NCBI GenBank assembly: GCA_964035545.1 | Contig: OZ037769.1 | Location: 5,809,929-5,873,928 of the forward strand | Direction of reading: 5' to 3' | Length of the DNA: 64,000 nt | From: Bugula neritina | Lineage: Eukaryota; Animalia; Bryozoa | Part shown: positions 1 to 27,757 of the stretch, one piece after another | Layout: each line of letters opens with the position of its first letter | Position numbering within the stretch: position 1 is the stretch's first letter | Made by a program: the position numbers and the translations under genes | Notes under the pieces: generated by a model | What the model saw: only the letters and a program-made list of their open reading frames with translations | Database searches by the model: none | Told to the model about the DNA's origin: nothing

Positions 1-15
1 TTGCATCATTGACAG

Positions 16-15657
<15,642 letters not shown>

Positions 15658-16002
15658 CAAATACACTGCAATAATTCTTTTATAATGTGCCTTTGATATA
15701 TAATATTTAGGAAATGACCTATTTTAAATGACTTAATTAATTTCTCACAGTCACGATAACATAATTTTTATGGCTTGTTTTTATTTATGAAGTCAACTGT
15801 CAATAAAAAATATCATGTTTACAAATATAAAGCAAAAATTGTAATATTTTGGAGTTATATTTCCACAGACTCTGCTTTCCCTATGTGCCAAGGTACGAAG
15901 TGATCTACCTCCTGTAGGTTAGTATAACTATTGAATCATCGATCTTTTAGCTGTTGTAAATTCTTAGCTATAGTATCAAAAGTGGGCTATGAGGCTTTAG
16001 CT

Positions 16003-18160
16003 TCAGGCCCATCCGTACTTGAGGGGGTTTGATGCAAGGCCCTGGATGTACTGCAATTTGACTGCTTCAGATACAAACTCCGGGTGTACAGTGAACTCCC
16101 TGCTCACTGCTTTCTTGTCGATGTGCTTGAAGAATCCTTTACTTGGTTTCTGGAAGTCTGGTTGGCTGAGGTGACAGAGTGGCGTCTTGCATTTGATTGG
16201 CTCAGCATACTCTGGCCTTCTTGGAACTGGCCTATAAGATAACTCCATCATGTAACTGTTGAGAATTGATACTCTCACAACTCATGCAATCAAATATAAG
16301 CTATTATAAAACAAGTGCAGAATCATTTTGAAAGCTGTTAAACTAGCTTAAGCTTAGGCTTTATAATATTACTTGAGAGGAAAACTGCTGTTGGTAATAT
16401 TTCTACTTTTTGTATTTAAGAATGCTTACTGGAATGATTCAAGTTGAATAATCAATCGTCTTATCTAAATCTTACATATTATTAAAACAAATTACTCATC
16501 AACAAAACACACCACCATTATCAGCTCCCATCTCTCCCTAACTATATGATATCATAAGTCAACTGTCCTAGATAATCTTCTTTTCCTTACCTTGTTAGTA
16601 AATTAATCCATTCATTGAGCTCTAAAGACTTTGACTTGCTAAGCTGTTCACTGTCTGTATGACTAGAGTTAGAGGTCGTGTGTTGATCTGAAGTAACTAG
16701 AGACTTGATGTGTTGAAGCTCTGGTAAGTTTGTTGGTACTTGGTACTTGGGTATGCTCAACTTTCCACTGGTTAGCGTTCTGAAACTAAACATACTCTGT
16801 GTAACTAAAATGCTATATTTTGAACAAAAAATGGCCTTAAGCTTCAAATTTATTAATTATTTCTGTAGCTAGATTGTTGGTTTCATTTATAGACACAGAA
16901 CTTTGCAGAAAGAAAAGTTATAGTAGCTTGCAGAGCTAGCTTAAAGAATCCCTGACACACTTCACTTATGCAGTATCAAATATTCTTATATATATATTTG
17001 CTATTATGTAAGCAGTGTAGAGAGAGTTAGTTAGCAGCAAAAACGAAGTTTAAGAGAAACCTCATTTCCAAAACTGAGTTAAATGAGAATATTATAATAT
17101 CATTGTAACTTAATAATACATTATTATAATAATATATAAATAATATTATATTATATTATAATATATAATAGTATTATTATTTTGTAATCAGCATTGAACA
17201 TTTTAACTGGTTTTACTTACTTTTCTGGTTTGAGAGGTGCGTGTATAGGAGGCATGCTTGCTCTAGTATTTATAGTAGTGAAATACTTGGGTGTTGAGAG
17301 ATTACGTTCATTTTCTGCTTTCCTATCTTCTAAGAAATGTAAATCTGCAATAACATTATTATAGAGTAACTTATATATAACACCCAGGGTTAGAAAACTA
17401 TATTATATATATAACTGCATATAACATGTAGAGATGGAACTATATCATAGAATGGAATATAACATGAGGTAAGGCTCTTTAATAAAAGCCATAATGCTAT
17501 AACATGTTTAATTCAATTGTACTCATTTAGACAGTATGACTATTATTAGATGATATGAATTACAAAAATGGACAAGCAGTTCTAGTGAAAAGTGTGTTTA
17601 TGTAGCTAATTAGACTTTGGATATTTAGCAAAGTACACAAGTACTACTCTAAATAAATGTGCTTTCTACAGTTCCATGTTATGGAACTGGGTTTGATGCA
17701 AAGCTACAACGTTGAAATATTTTCCTACTACTTTCTTTAGCTAACAGCTCTCAGTGAGTCCCCAAGTAACAACTGTCATCCAAAAAATATTAGTGATATT
17801 TTGTTTATATCTATTATCTATCTAGTTTCTATATTCTATAATCTAATATCTACACAATTATCTATTTTTTATTTTGCTATCTGTATTATTATCTATATTC
17901 TTTGATTTCTTATCTATACATAAATACCTGTATTTATATTTTACTATCTAATGTGTATTACTATCAATATGCTATGATCTATTATGTTTGACTTTCAATA
18001 TTAAATAAAATAATTAGTTTTCATTCAAAGTCTGGCCATTTTGAATTCCAAACAACCTGTTATCACCTGTCAGTGCGATTTCCAACTCACCTCTTTCCGA
18101 CACTCGGTTGTCGCTGACCCCGACAGCATAAGAATGATTCCGCAGAGCCGCCCTCATCAT
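16003..18160 (-). CDS. Uncharacterised ~200-aa protein, possibly cilia/flagella-associated
   Basis: Phase-consistent exons 18160-18091, 17344-17221, 16779-16591, 16231-16003 (TGA): MMRAALRNHSYAVGVSDNRVSER-DLHFLEDRK...-KTLTSGKLSIPKY...-RPVPRRPEY...HIDKKAVSREFTVHPEFVSE...KYGWA*. Alternative in-frame first exon 19221-19170. The ciliary guess rests only on the upstream X-box. Confidence 0.7.
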
Positions 18161-19290
18161 AAAATACCTGGATATGTCTCTAGTGAATCCAATACTTGTA
18201 TTTCTATGAAAGTTTCCTTTTGCTTTTCTATTTAGATATTCTTTAAAGTCATTTCTAAGTCTGGCAGTATCTAGAGGAAAATGCAGGTAGCTGTTGCAAG
18301 TACTAGAATGTCAAAGCACTGTCAATGGCATTGCTAATAGCTATAATATTGATTACTATTATGTAGCTATTATAAACAGTGTGTTTAAGAGGGTTTAAAC
18401 AGAAATCTTATTATATATAATAGCTCTATGGTAACTAGAACAAACATTAGAATCCAATAGAGAACTAGAGTTGAAGTAATAATAGCTGAATGGAAATCAT
18501 ATACATTCAGTGAAAGAAATTTAAGTCATCAATAAGCCCCCTTCAATTATTTAAACACAGCTAAATCTTTCAACAATATAAATAATATTGATTGACTTAA
18601 AAAATCGAATTTCACTCATCTGGTGTTAATTACTTTAATGATATGATAGACATACTTTTGCAGTATGTTTCAGGTTAACTAATAGCAGATATTTTGTATA
18701 CTTTCACGGATAAACCTTGTTTACTTATAAATTGCAAACTTTGCAGCTTCAAGGGGGGCTTTATTACTCTTTTTCCGCAAGTGGTCTTAAAAGACTGTAG
18801 TATACTACATGCTTTATTTGAGTCAAGACTACCTGTTTTATTAGCACAGTTTCTCTCATTTAAGTTTCCAACTTGCATGACACAGTCTTGAATTTTATTT
18901 TGTTTGCAATATATAATCTTTACTGAATTATTAATAATAGGAAATTATGCTTTATAAGTATGCAAATTATCAGAAATGATTTATAATTGCCCATGCATGG
19001 ATAAAAAATATAGTTGAACCAGTGATGATTGTAAACTTATTACAAGCTAATGAAGAAATAAAAATTATCTGTTTGTTACATTATTATACTTGGTGTCATA
19101 TCTGCTTATATTTATGCTAATTAATAAAATCTATTATTGCCATAAAAGTAGTACTTGCTGAAAGTTTACCTTTACGCTCTGCTACTCCTTTATTTCCCTG
19201 TATCCCAATAGTGCTTCTCATGCTTATTGTGTGGAAAGATAACCAACCATATGTCCACAGAACAACACTGAGTACTCTACTGTGATGATT

Positions 19291-19304
19291 GTTACCATGC
19301 CAAC
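19291..19304. promoter_or_regulatory. RFX X-box-like element
   Basis: GTTACCATGCCAAC, one mismatch from the GTNRCCATGGYAAC consensus, ~70 nt upstream of the 19221 ATG of the - strand gene. Confidence 0.5.
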
Positions 19305-20321
19305 AGCTGACAGATCACATTCACAGATAGATATACCTGCACATTCTACCTGCCTCTACACAGCTACTGAGGTTAGTTAATGTGCTAATCTTTGCACCAA
19401 GTCAACTGTCAGTAATTGCTTTTGTTTAAATGATCTCTAATCAATGAGCATTTACTAAAGACTAATGAGCTGCTAATTTTTATTAGTCTAACTAAGATGT
19501 CATTGAGTACAGTTATTATATATGTTAGTGATCTCAGGATCTATATATTATTACCATTTAAATTGTTTCGGATTTTATATTATCTAAAGCAAATGTAATT
19601 AAATAAAAACAAACACAGGTATCCTGCCGTGAAGCTTGCAGTCACTTGAGATATGTGGAGTATCACTTGAGATCCTAGCAACACACACCAGTGAGCAAAT
19701 ACTTGAGCCCTCACTAGCTTTTACTAGCTGACTTTCTCACGATCTCACCTGCTGCCTTAATCTTATTGGCAGCTTTTCTCACTGACACTGCCCCTGTCAT
19801 TCTCTCTCACTACCGCTGCTTCAAAAGTCTAATGTATCGGCCATTCACGTTAATTATAAACTTTTTTAGTAAAAGAGTAAATTTTCTATTTTTAACCTTC
19901 TTTTCTAGCAACATCACAGCATTTATACTAACTTCTTAGTGTTGAATACATTATAAATTGCATACTCTTAGTATAGCTTAATTCAAACTGCAAAATTATA
20001 AATATAAATTTTGTGTAATCCATTATAGCTGTAATTCTTCAAATCTAATTCTCTTCTTGGTATGACCTCTACATTTACTATTGCATACACAAAATAAAAA
20101 TAAAGATTTAATAAAAAGAATAGAGATTCAGAAATATATTCGATGTTGTGATCCACACAAGTTTATTTCATTGACAATTTTGCTTCAAGCAACAGCTAGT
20201 ATATGAGCAATTTTTAAATCTTGGGAGAGTTTTTTCTTGTAAAAATTTATGCAATATGATAGAATATCTATAAGATCTTGTAGCGTTTTTTATGAAGCTC
20301 TTTAAATAAACCGTTCTGTGT

Positions 20322-21580
20322 TTAGTTTTGTGTATTTACTGTAGAGTCTGGCATGACTTTGGTGACGGAACTTCTGCTAAAACCTCCTCCACCATTTCCT
20401 GGATGAGACAAAGCAAGCGATACATGTACACATGCATTAGTTTTAGGAATATGTTAACTATAGCTACACTGACATCTACACCACTTTTTAGTATGTTAGT
20501 CTTGTTCATATATATAACATGATATAAAATTCAAATGCTATTATATGTTTAAGAAAAAATATTATATTATATTACATATAGCATCATAGCATCATAACAT
20601 TATGTTTATAGATTCTTAATAGTTTTATTATTATACAAATTGCATAAGTGCAACTCTTCATATAATATAAATTCATGCATACTGCACAGGACGATAGATA
20701 ATTAATAGAAAGCAAAAACAAATTATTAGTATCCCATTAGAATTCTTTCAACTTAGGAAACAAGGCATTTAGAAATATGTTGATGAAATTCAGAGTTGTT
20801 TTTCCTTTTTAGTAGAGCAATATTATTACTGTAATTTAGTATTTATTACAGCATGCAATTTTAATTATTGAATTTATTGCAAATCTGGGATATTAGTTTA
20901 GCTTATTTAATACATAATATTATATATGCCAATTTTATTTTGCTATTTACAGCTGAATACCCTGGCCCTCTCAGTCACCGGACTTATGCTGCCATTGAAT
21001 TAGTTTAAAATGAACATAATATTATATAAAACCTCTCTACTTAAAGTACGATAGACATATTATGTTGAATATAATATATGTTTATGAAAAAAGGTAAAAT
21101 AGCTATAAGCTTCTTAAAAAGATTTATTGCATACAAAAGCAATAGTCTCCTATTAAGTATGAATATTAGTGCAACCAATTACTTATTATTAAAAGACCCA
21201 AATGTTAGAAGTCAATCATTATTTTAAAATCAAATAAGAAAAAATAACCATATTTTTCATGGTTGAATTATAATTCAAGGAAAGTTTCTAGGCTGTAAGG
21301 GTCTGTACAAAAATATAATATTACAATTATGAATGGTTTTGTCTGAAATAATCTATTATTATGCTAAGTTTTTCTGACCTGCCATCACTGATGAAGGACC
21401 CATGATGGGAGAAATTTCATTAGGAAATGCCGTTTCTTTCCTCAGTCTACTCTGAAAACCCCCGTCATTTTGCTCTGATGGTCTGTTAATCTGATTGGCT
21501 GAAACTTTCCTCATGTACGGAGCATTAGCTGTGTCTTCCACGTCTTTGTGTTCTACGGTTTTGGATTTTATGCAACCCAT
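20322..21580 (-). CDS. 92-aa microprotein with an N-myristoylation/palmitoylation (SH4-like) N-terminus
   Basis: Exon 21580-21379 (MGCIKSKTVEHKDVED...SSVMA, donor G|gtcag) joins in phase to exon 20398-20322 (acceptor ttgctttgtctcatccag; GNGGGGFSRSSVTKVMPDSTVNTQN*). Acceptor 6 nt upstream of the ATG; AATAAA on the - strand at ~20162-20167. Confidence 0.65.
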
Positions 21581-22419
21581 TTGCCTCTACACTAATGGCA
21601 TAATAACGATAAATTATATTAAAACCGGATAAAAAATTATTTTTCAAGTTTGACTTTTCAATTTTTTATTCAAAATTTTATCGCATTCTTTAAATTCATT
21701 ATGAAATTCTCCTCATTCTTTAGTAAAATTCTTTATTCATAAAAATGTGTCATATATGTGTTGCATATAATAATATTTTTGCTTTGTTTGCCTATTTAAG
21801 ATAATATATTTTAGTATAATATTATTATTATCAAAGTTTTATTCTTGACCAAAATATTTATTGTCATGCAGCTATAGCAATTTTATACTCTTATAGCTTA
21901 TTTTTGAAATATTACGTATTTTACTAAGAAATCAAATTTTAACCAAAGTTATAACGTTTTTAGCTGAAGCAATTACTCAAGAGTTGACAACTTATCATTA
22001 ATGACTAATACCACTCCTGTACACAAAAAAATATATCTCTTTAACAATTAACATCCTGACCAACCAACTATAACCACTCCAGCATTATTGTAGTTAAAGA
22101 TTTTATTAATTTACGTTAGAGTCTGTGTGGTTTCCAATTCATTCTGACAGTTTCATTGGTTTCAGTTTGTTTTAGATACAGGTGCAATTAATGGTAAATT
22201 TATGTGAAGACTCAGTCCACCATCTTTTCTTCCTTTTGTGTCAGTTTTCTCTACCATCATTTTTTAACATGGCCTCTAAAGTATGGAACATCTTCTGTGA
22301 ACAACATTTATCATATTGCCAATTGTTTTGAATCCTAATAATTCTAGGTTTAGCACAAACATAAATTTACTGCAAATGTGAATATTATAAAACTCATCTA
22401 AGTTTATAATGGCAAGAAC

Positions 22420-22548
22420 CCTTAATGGAAAAGGTTTTTTTAAAGCTGGTTATGCACTTCCTAGCATCACCACTAGTGCTTAGACTCTAGCCACTAGCCT
22501 CCTGTTTCACTCCGTCAGCACTCTAACCACTTCACCACAGATGCACCC
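22420..22548 (-). mobile_element. tRNA-derived SINE family B, degenerate copy
   Basis: Contains 'atggaaaaggtttttt', 'cttcctagcatcacca' and 'cactctaaccacttcaccacagatgcaccc', matching family B. Confidence 0.55.
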
Positions 22549-22906
22549 TTGTTGTAAAATATAATGTTTACCAATGATTATCAACTATATTAAGAGTTGT
22601 GCTGCTTTGTTTTAAAGGAGAAGATAACTCCTCAATTTAATCACATTAAATAATTATTGTCTGTGGTAGGCTAAACAAGTTGAAAAAAATTAATATTTAA
22701 AATTACTTTGAAATATTGTAATAAATATGCTTTTCTGTGCATAATTGTAATTTCTGCACACCATAAAATACATGGTACTGTCTTAAAATTTGTAACCTGG
22801 ACAATATCTAAGTTAAAGTTAGAGTTATCTTTCCTCATTTGTTTCTGCAGCTGAACGAACAGATTACTGCAGGTGCTTGCTATAGCTGCATCTATATATT
22901 CATAGC

Positions 22907-24470
22907 AAAACTTATAACAAAATAACTACATTATGTGAAATGCTGTAATAGTTGCTTTATGAACCATGCTGCTACGAGGTAGGTACAGTTATGGAGAAAT
23001 TGAGAAAAGCCTGTGTTCTAGATCAGAAGTTTAGTAAAAGAAGTTATGTTCTCAAACTTTTTCAAAGAACTTAGGCTATCTCAATTTCTTCACTACTGCA
23101 CCTATAAATGAATAAAGCAACATGACTTACAGTACTAGCTAGTATAAACAAAATTCTTTATCAATTTACTAGTGGAAATAATAGGTGTCTATTGTCTCTG
23201 CTTGTAGAGATCACAGTCTAAAGAATAGAGTAGAGAGGAGTACTCAAAAAGTTCACACTAATCTTAGTATCTCAGACTATGCAGGACCTCAGGGTTTTTA
23301 ACTTCACAAAGTGACATGGTAGATAGGTGCAGTGGAGTGCCTTTAAACACAATCAGAAAGTTTTATTTTGATATCCAGTTTTAGGCTGTCATTCTAAGAA
23401 CTTTCAACACAAAATAAGTTAGAAAAATATAAAGACATTGCGATCACATATGTTGTATATCTGCTCACATCAATTATTCTGTTATTGCTGAGTATTTTAT
23501 TAAGAAATTTGAAAATGATTTGTATCAACTTTAGATAAACTTTGTCGTGGAGCTGGCTGGGTAAACACACCGTCTGTTCATGCTCACTCAGCCCAGTCCC
23601 TCTTCACCGCTACTCTGCGAAACACACGCACTGTATAAGAGACAATGCTCCACTACACTGCGGCTTTTCGAAATAAATAATATGCAAATTATATGCTTAA
23701 AATAATTTATGAGTATTACAAGCTCTGGAGTGGTAATGTACGCCTGCTAGTACCAGCTGCATCGGATGTACCTTTTTAGCTCCCATTTGCTTTCGTCATC
23801 ACTGTTCTAGTGGCTTGCGTTGAGTAACGGAATTAAGGAAACACTTTTGGCATAAAATCATGTCTTGAACCAATCAAATATATGAGTATGAAATATTGCG
23901 ACATATTATAATAATATATATGTGTAGATGTATATGTATGTCATTTTTATATGACAGAAAACAATGTTATAAAGTAAAGCTAAACAGGGCATAAAGTTAT
24001 TAGAATAGAATATTAGAAAATATTTTATTACTAATAGTTTCAACTTTACACAATAAGGAGTAGCCACGGTCGATAGGCTCTAGGGGTTAGAGTGCTTGGC
24101 TTAGTAAACGCCAAGTCATGAGTTTGAACCCCAGTAAAGACCATTGGTAATGGTGGGAAGGTCATCCAGTCACAATTGCTCCTGCGTCACATAAATGAAT
24201 AAGTCCTTAGCTCAATTTAACAAACACCCTTTTCATCAAGATTTTCTCATAGAGATTCAACTTTACACAATAATCTGATAGTGATCTTAGTCACGCAGCA
24301 GCCATTCAGAAGCAGTAGTAGAGAAATTAAGATAGCCTAAGTTCTTACATGTTTTTATTAAAAAAGGCTTTTCTCAATTTCTCCATTACTGCACCTACCT
24401 CGTAGCAGCATGGTTCATAAAACAACTATTACAGCATTTCACATAATGTAGTTATTTTGTTATAAGTTTT
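22907..24470. repeat. Inverted duplication (arms ~22907-23104 and ~24311-24470), each arm containing a small TIR-bearing MITE
   Basis: 22907-23012 is the near-perfect reverse complement of 24365-24470; the MITE at 22980-23104 has TIRs TAGGTACAGT..GGAGAAATTGAGA..AGCCT / AGGCT.TCTCAATTTC..CA.TACTGCACCTA; a third partial copy lies at ~25618-25662. Confidence 0.85.
24057..24255 (+). mobile_element. tRNA-derived SINE family B, full-length with an 18-bp TSD
   Basis: A-box-like TCTAGGGGTTAGAG, B-box-like GAGTTTGAACCC, core ACCATTGGTAATGGTGGGAAGGTCATCCAGTCACAATTGCTC; flanked by the perfect direct repeat TTCAACTTTACACAATAA (24039-24056 and 24256-24273). Confidence 0.9.
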
Positions 24471-26697
24471 TCAGCTATGCGTATGCTTTGGCCAAGATTG
24501 ATCAAAACTTTCCATGTGCACTAGCTTGTTTCACTTTCAATTTGTTCAAAATATAGTGACATTGTGCACACTTCACTGCTTTTCTACTACTTTAAATTGT
24601 AGGCAGCTGAACAAAATGCATTATAGTGCTATAGCTATAGCTGAATAGGCAGATAGCAGGCCTGCAGCCTTTTTAGCTTGCAAATCCAGATTTAGTAAAA
24701 TTATTGTTACATTATGTATTGTTGTTATAAAAAATAAATAAACAAGTCAATATTTAAACTGAAGCATCATGCCATGAAATAACTCTGTTAAGTGTTTACA
24801 TCAAATTTCACACTGTGTTTTCATGTCTGTGATCTGTAATAAATAAATAAATAAATCAATCAATCAATCAATCAATTATATGCAGTTTATCTGCTTATAA
24901 AAGTGCTAACTTTTAATTATGGAACTGTGACTGTAAAAAGTAAATTTCATACTTGGTATCATAAGACAATGTTTTGACATTAGCTTTCTAATAATCTATT
25001 AAAGTTGTTTGTTGTTCATAGATAACTTATAACTTTGTAGAGCATAACAATTTTGGATAAGCTGTGATAAGAAATGCAGTATGTGCAGCTAAAACACTAT
25101 GAGCCAACATGTTATTATCAGTTTTACAGCTCCTATGAAGTTCGAACTTTGCATATAGAGCATCTTTTTCATAAAAATCACCCTCAGTGCCCACTGCATT
25201 TTATCTAAAAGCTTTAGTTGTATGCTAAAAGTATATGCAATTATAGTTCCATAAATTTCATTGCATTGCATCTTATCTGCGGTTAGCTCATTTCAATATC
25301 ACATTTTCTATCGTCACTTTATTATGATTCTGTTCTGTTTTTTCTATAAAAATTGCAGGTATAGATTCTTAATTTTAGCCTTAGTATCTAGAGAATATGT
25401 GCACTATGGGCAGTTGTCTGCTTGTGAAAGACAACTACGCTCCAAACCCAAATGCTAAACAAAGCTGATAAACCCAAGCCTAAATCTACATTTCGCGCTT
25501 AAGTGAGAATAGAGTGCTGTTATTTAGGTGTAGAAGTTTAAATAGCCTAGTGCAAGCTCTTTAGATTTCTTAATAAAATTTGGTTTAGGGCACAGGTTAC
25601 CTGTTTTTATACATTTATCATCTAGAACACAGGCTTTTCTCAATTTCTTTATTACTGTACCTTCATCCTTCAACAGGCTTATTAAAAATCATTTACACTG
25701 TGTTTGTAAAAAGCGGGAAACAAGATTTTAACACTAAAGAGGTCTGTTCTACACACCAGTAATATATTGAAACACCGTATATAATATTATACTATTTATC
25801 ATAGAGGGTAGCAACTATGCCAGTGTGACTATTACCAGATGCATACTGCTAATTCTATTTTTGCTATGACTGAGTACAGATAAATATTATTGAAGGAGAA
25901 ACCAGCTAAACAATATTACAGATATTATTTCTACATTAATTTCTGAAGTATAATACCTGTTATGTAACCGGTTTAAAGCAGGCAATGAGATTGCTGGTTT
26001 ATACCACCCATAGGTTGACAGCTTAGAAGCCATTGAAATGTAACTCCTTGAGTTTTACTTCATTGTTAGAGGCTTAAAGTTGAGAGCTAACAGAGCTTAG
26101 GATTGCTATTTGGTAGTTTTGCTATTCACAGCCTATCTGAAAGGATTGAACTCAAAGCCCTTCCTTAATAATAAAGCTCTTTGAAACCCTTTCTTAGTAA
26201 TAATTCAATGCTTTAACTTAAGTATATTAATGCACATTGCAAAGAAAAGATTTTTCACTTGTATCAGTTTATGTTTAAGAGAATAATCTGTTTTCATTTT
26301 TAAAAATAGCGTTATATTTCTTGCTATGTTTTTAATGACACTTTTTAGATTTTACTAGTTTTTATTATATATTTTAGTTTTTGTATTTGTTTCATGTGAA
26401 GATAATAAAACCAGTGTGTCAATAGCATTCGGTAACATACAGAGATGGCACTAGTTGCACTTTTGTATATTGAATATCTTACAGACAGCTAGTATAATTA
26501 AGTCCTAAAATCATTTGAAGCTTTATGTCCCTTCCAACTTTGATTCCAACTTTAAATGGGATGAATCCTTCAATGTACTCATATAGAAGTAGATTGCTTT
26601 TTCAACAGAACCAGAGAATTATTGCCGTAGAGGAAGTTAGTAAAAATTTAGGTTCATTCATTAATTAAAAATCAGAGCACAGCAGAAATCGCCATCG

Positions 26698-27531
26698 GTG
26701 TGCACAAATGACTTCTGGGATGCCTTGCAATGTAGAGCACTAGGTTGTTTCGTTTAGCTGAAGGTTTTGACAGAGTCATAAGGAAGAGCATGACTAGTAT
26801 TACTTTGGCTTTGTTTTGAAATTTGAGGACAAAAATGCTTTTACCAGATAATTACTACTGGATCAAGTATCTATATTTTGGTTTTTTTTCAAGTGCCATG
26901 TTACTAAGCTAACCTCTATAATCATCCTAATTAATAATAAGCTGTAACAAATCAACCAGACTATTCCTACAATACTAAATTCCCTTCATTAGTGGTTAAT
27001 TAAAGCTGAAATGTTCACTTGTGGTCAAATGTTTGAGGGAACTAATGGTAAAGGAAAATTTAGAGTAGATGTCTTTAGATGTGAATGAATGTCTCACAGT
27101 ATGTGAAAGTTCCTCAATGCTACAGGTGCATGGAGCGCATAAAATCAAAACTACTAATAAAACACGAAGAAATCTTATGTTCTTTATATAATCTTTCAAA
27201 ATTAGTAAACTATTATTTCAGATTTTTGTGTATCATTTAAGTTACAGGTTATCTTTAAATAGATAGAAAAAAAAATTGTCTCACAATGTTGCCTATATCT
27301 TATAATTTATTTCATTATTATCAATATAACTGCTATAAATTGTATTAGCTGAAATGTTTTGATGAGTTATAGTCAATACCAGCTGGTTATGTGAAACATG
27401 GCAGGTTCGACTATTATCTTGCTTAGCTCAATGTTTGCATTGGCTGCCTGGCTTCACATTTCCTATTCATTGAGTTCAAAACGAGGTAACAGAACATAGT
27501 TTTACCTCACACTAAATATTGTAATGCGCCC
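26698..27531. promoter_or_regulatory. Three metal-response-element cores (TGCRCNC) upstream of the ZIP gene
   Basis: GTGTGCA 26698-26704 (-), GAGCGCA 27133-27139 (-), TGCGCCC 27525-27531 (+); inverted CCAAT box (GATTGG) at ~27588. Confidence 0.4.
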
Positions 27532-27757
27532 AGTTTAGTACAGTGTATCACCGACTGCGTGACCACAACATGGGAATGCTCGACTGTGATTGGTTGAACT
27601 CTGTCTGCACGAAGGCCTTTGCTATTGATGACTGCTAAAACACGCCAACAACATAACCATAGATCTGAGTTGCAGTCTTACGTTAGCACCACTTCAGGAC
27701 ACAGTTGCACAATAATCTATCAGACAGAACAGTTTTTACTTCTCTGAATCGACTACC

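Noticed and set aside
23632-23644. TGTATAAGAGACA, partial match to the Tn5/Nextera mosaic end
   Set aside because: Only 13 of 19 nt match, with no adjacent adapter sequence; most likely chance.
26996-27199. Signal-peptide-like 67-aa ORF divergent from the ZIP gene
   Set aside because: TTG start, no convincing splice partners and no recognisable motif.
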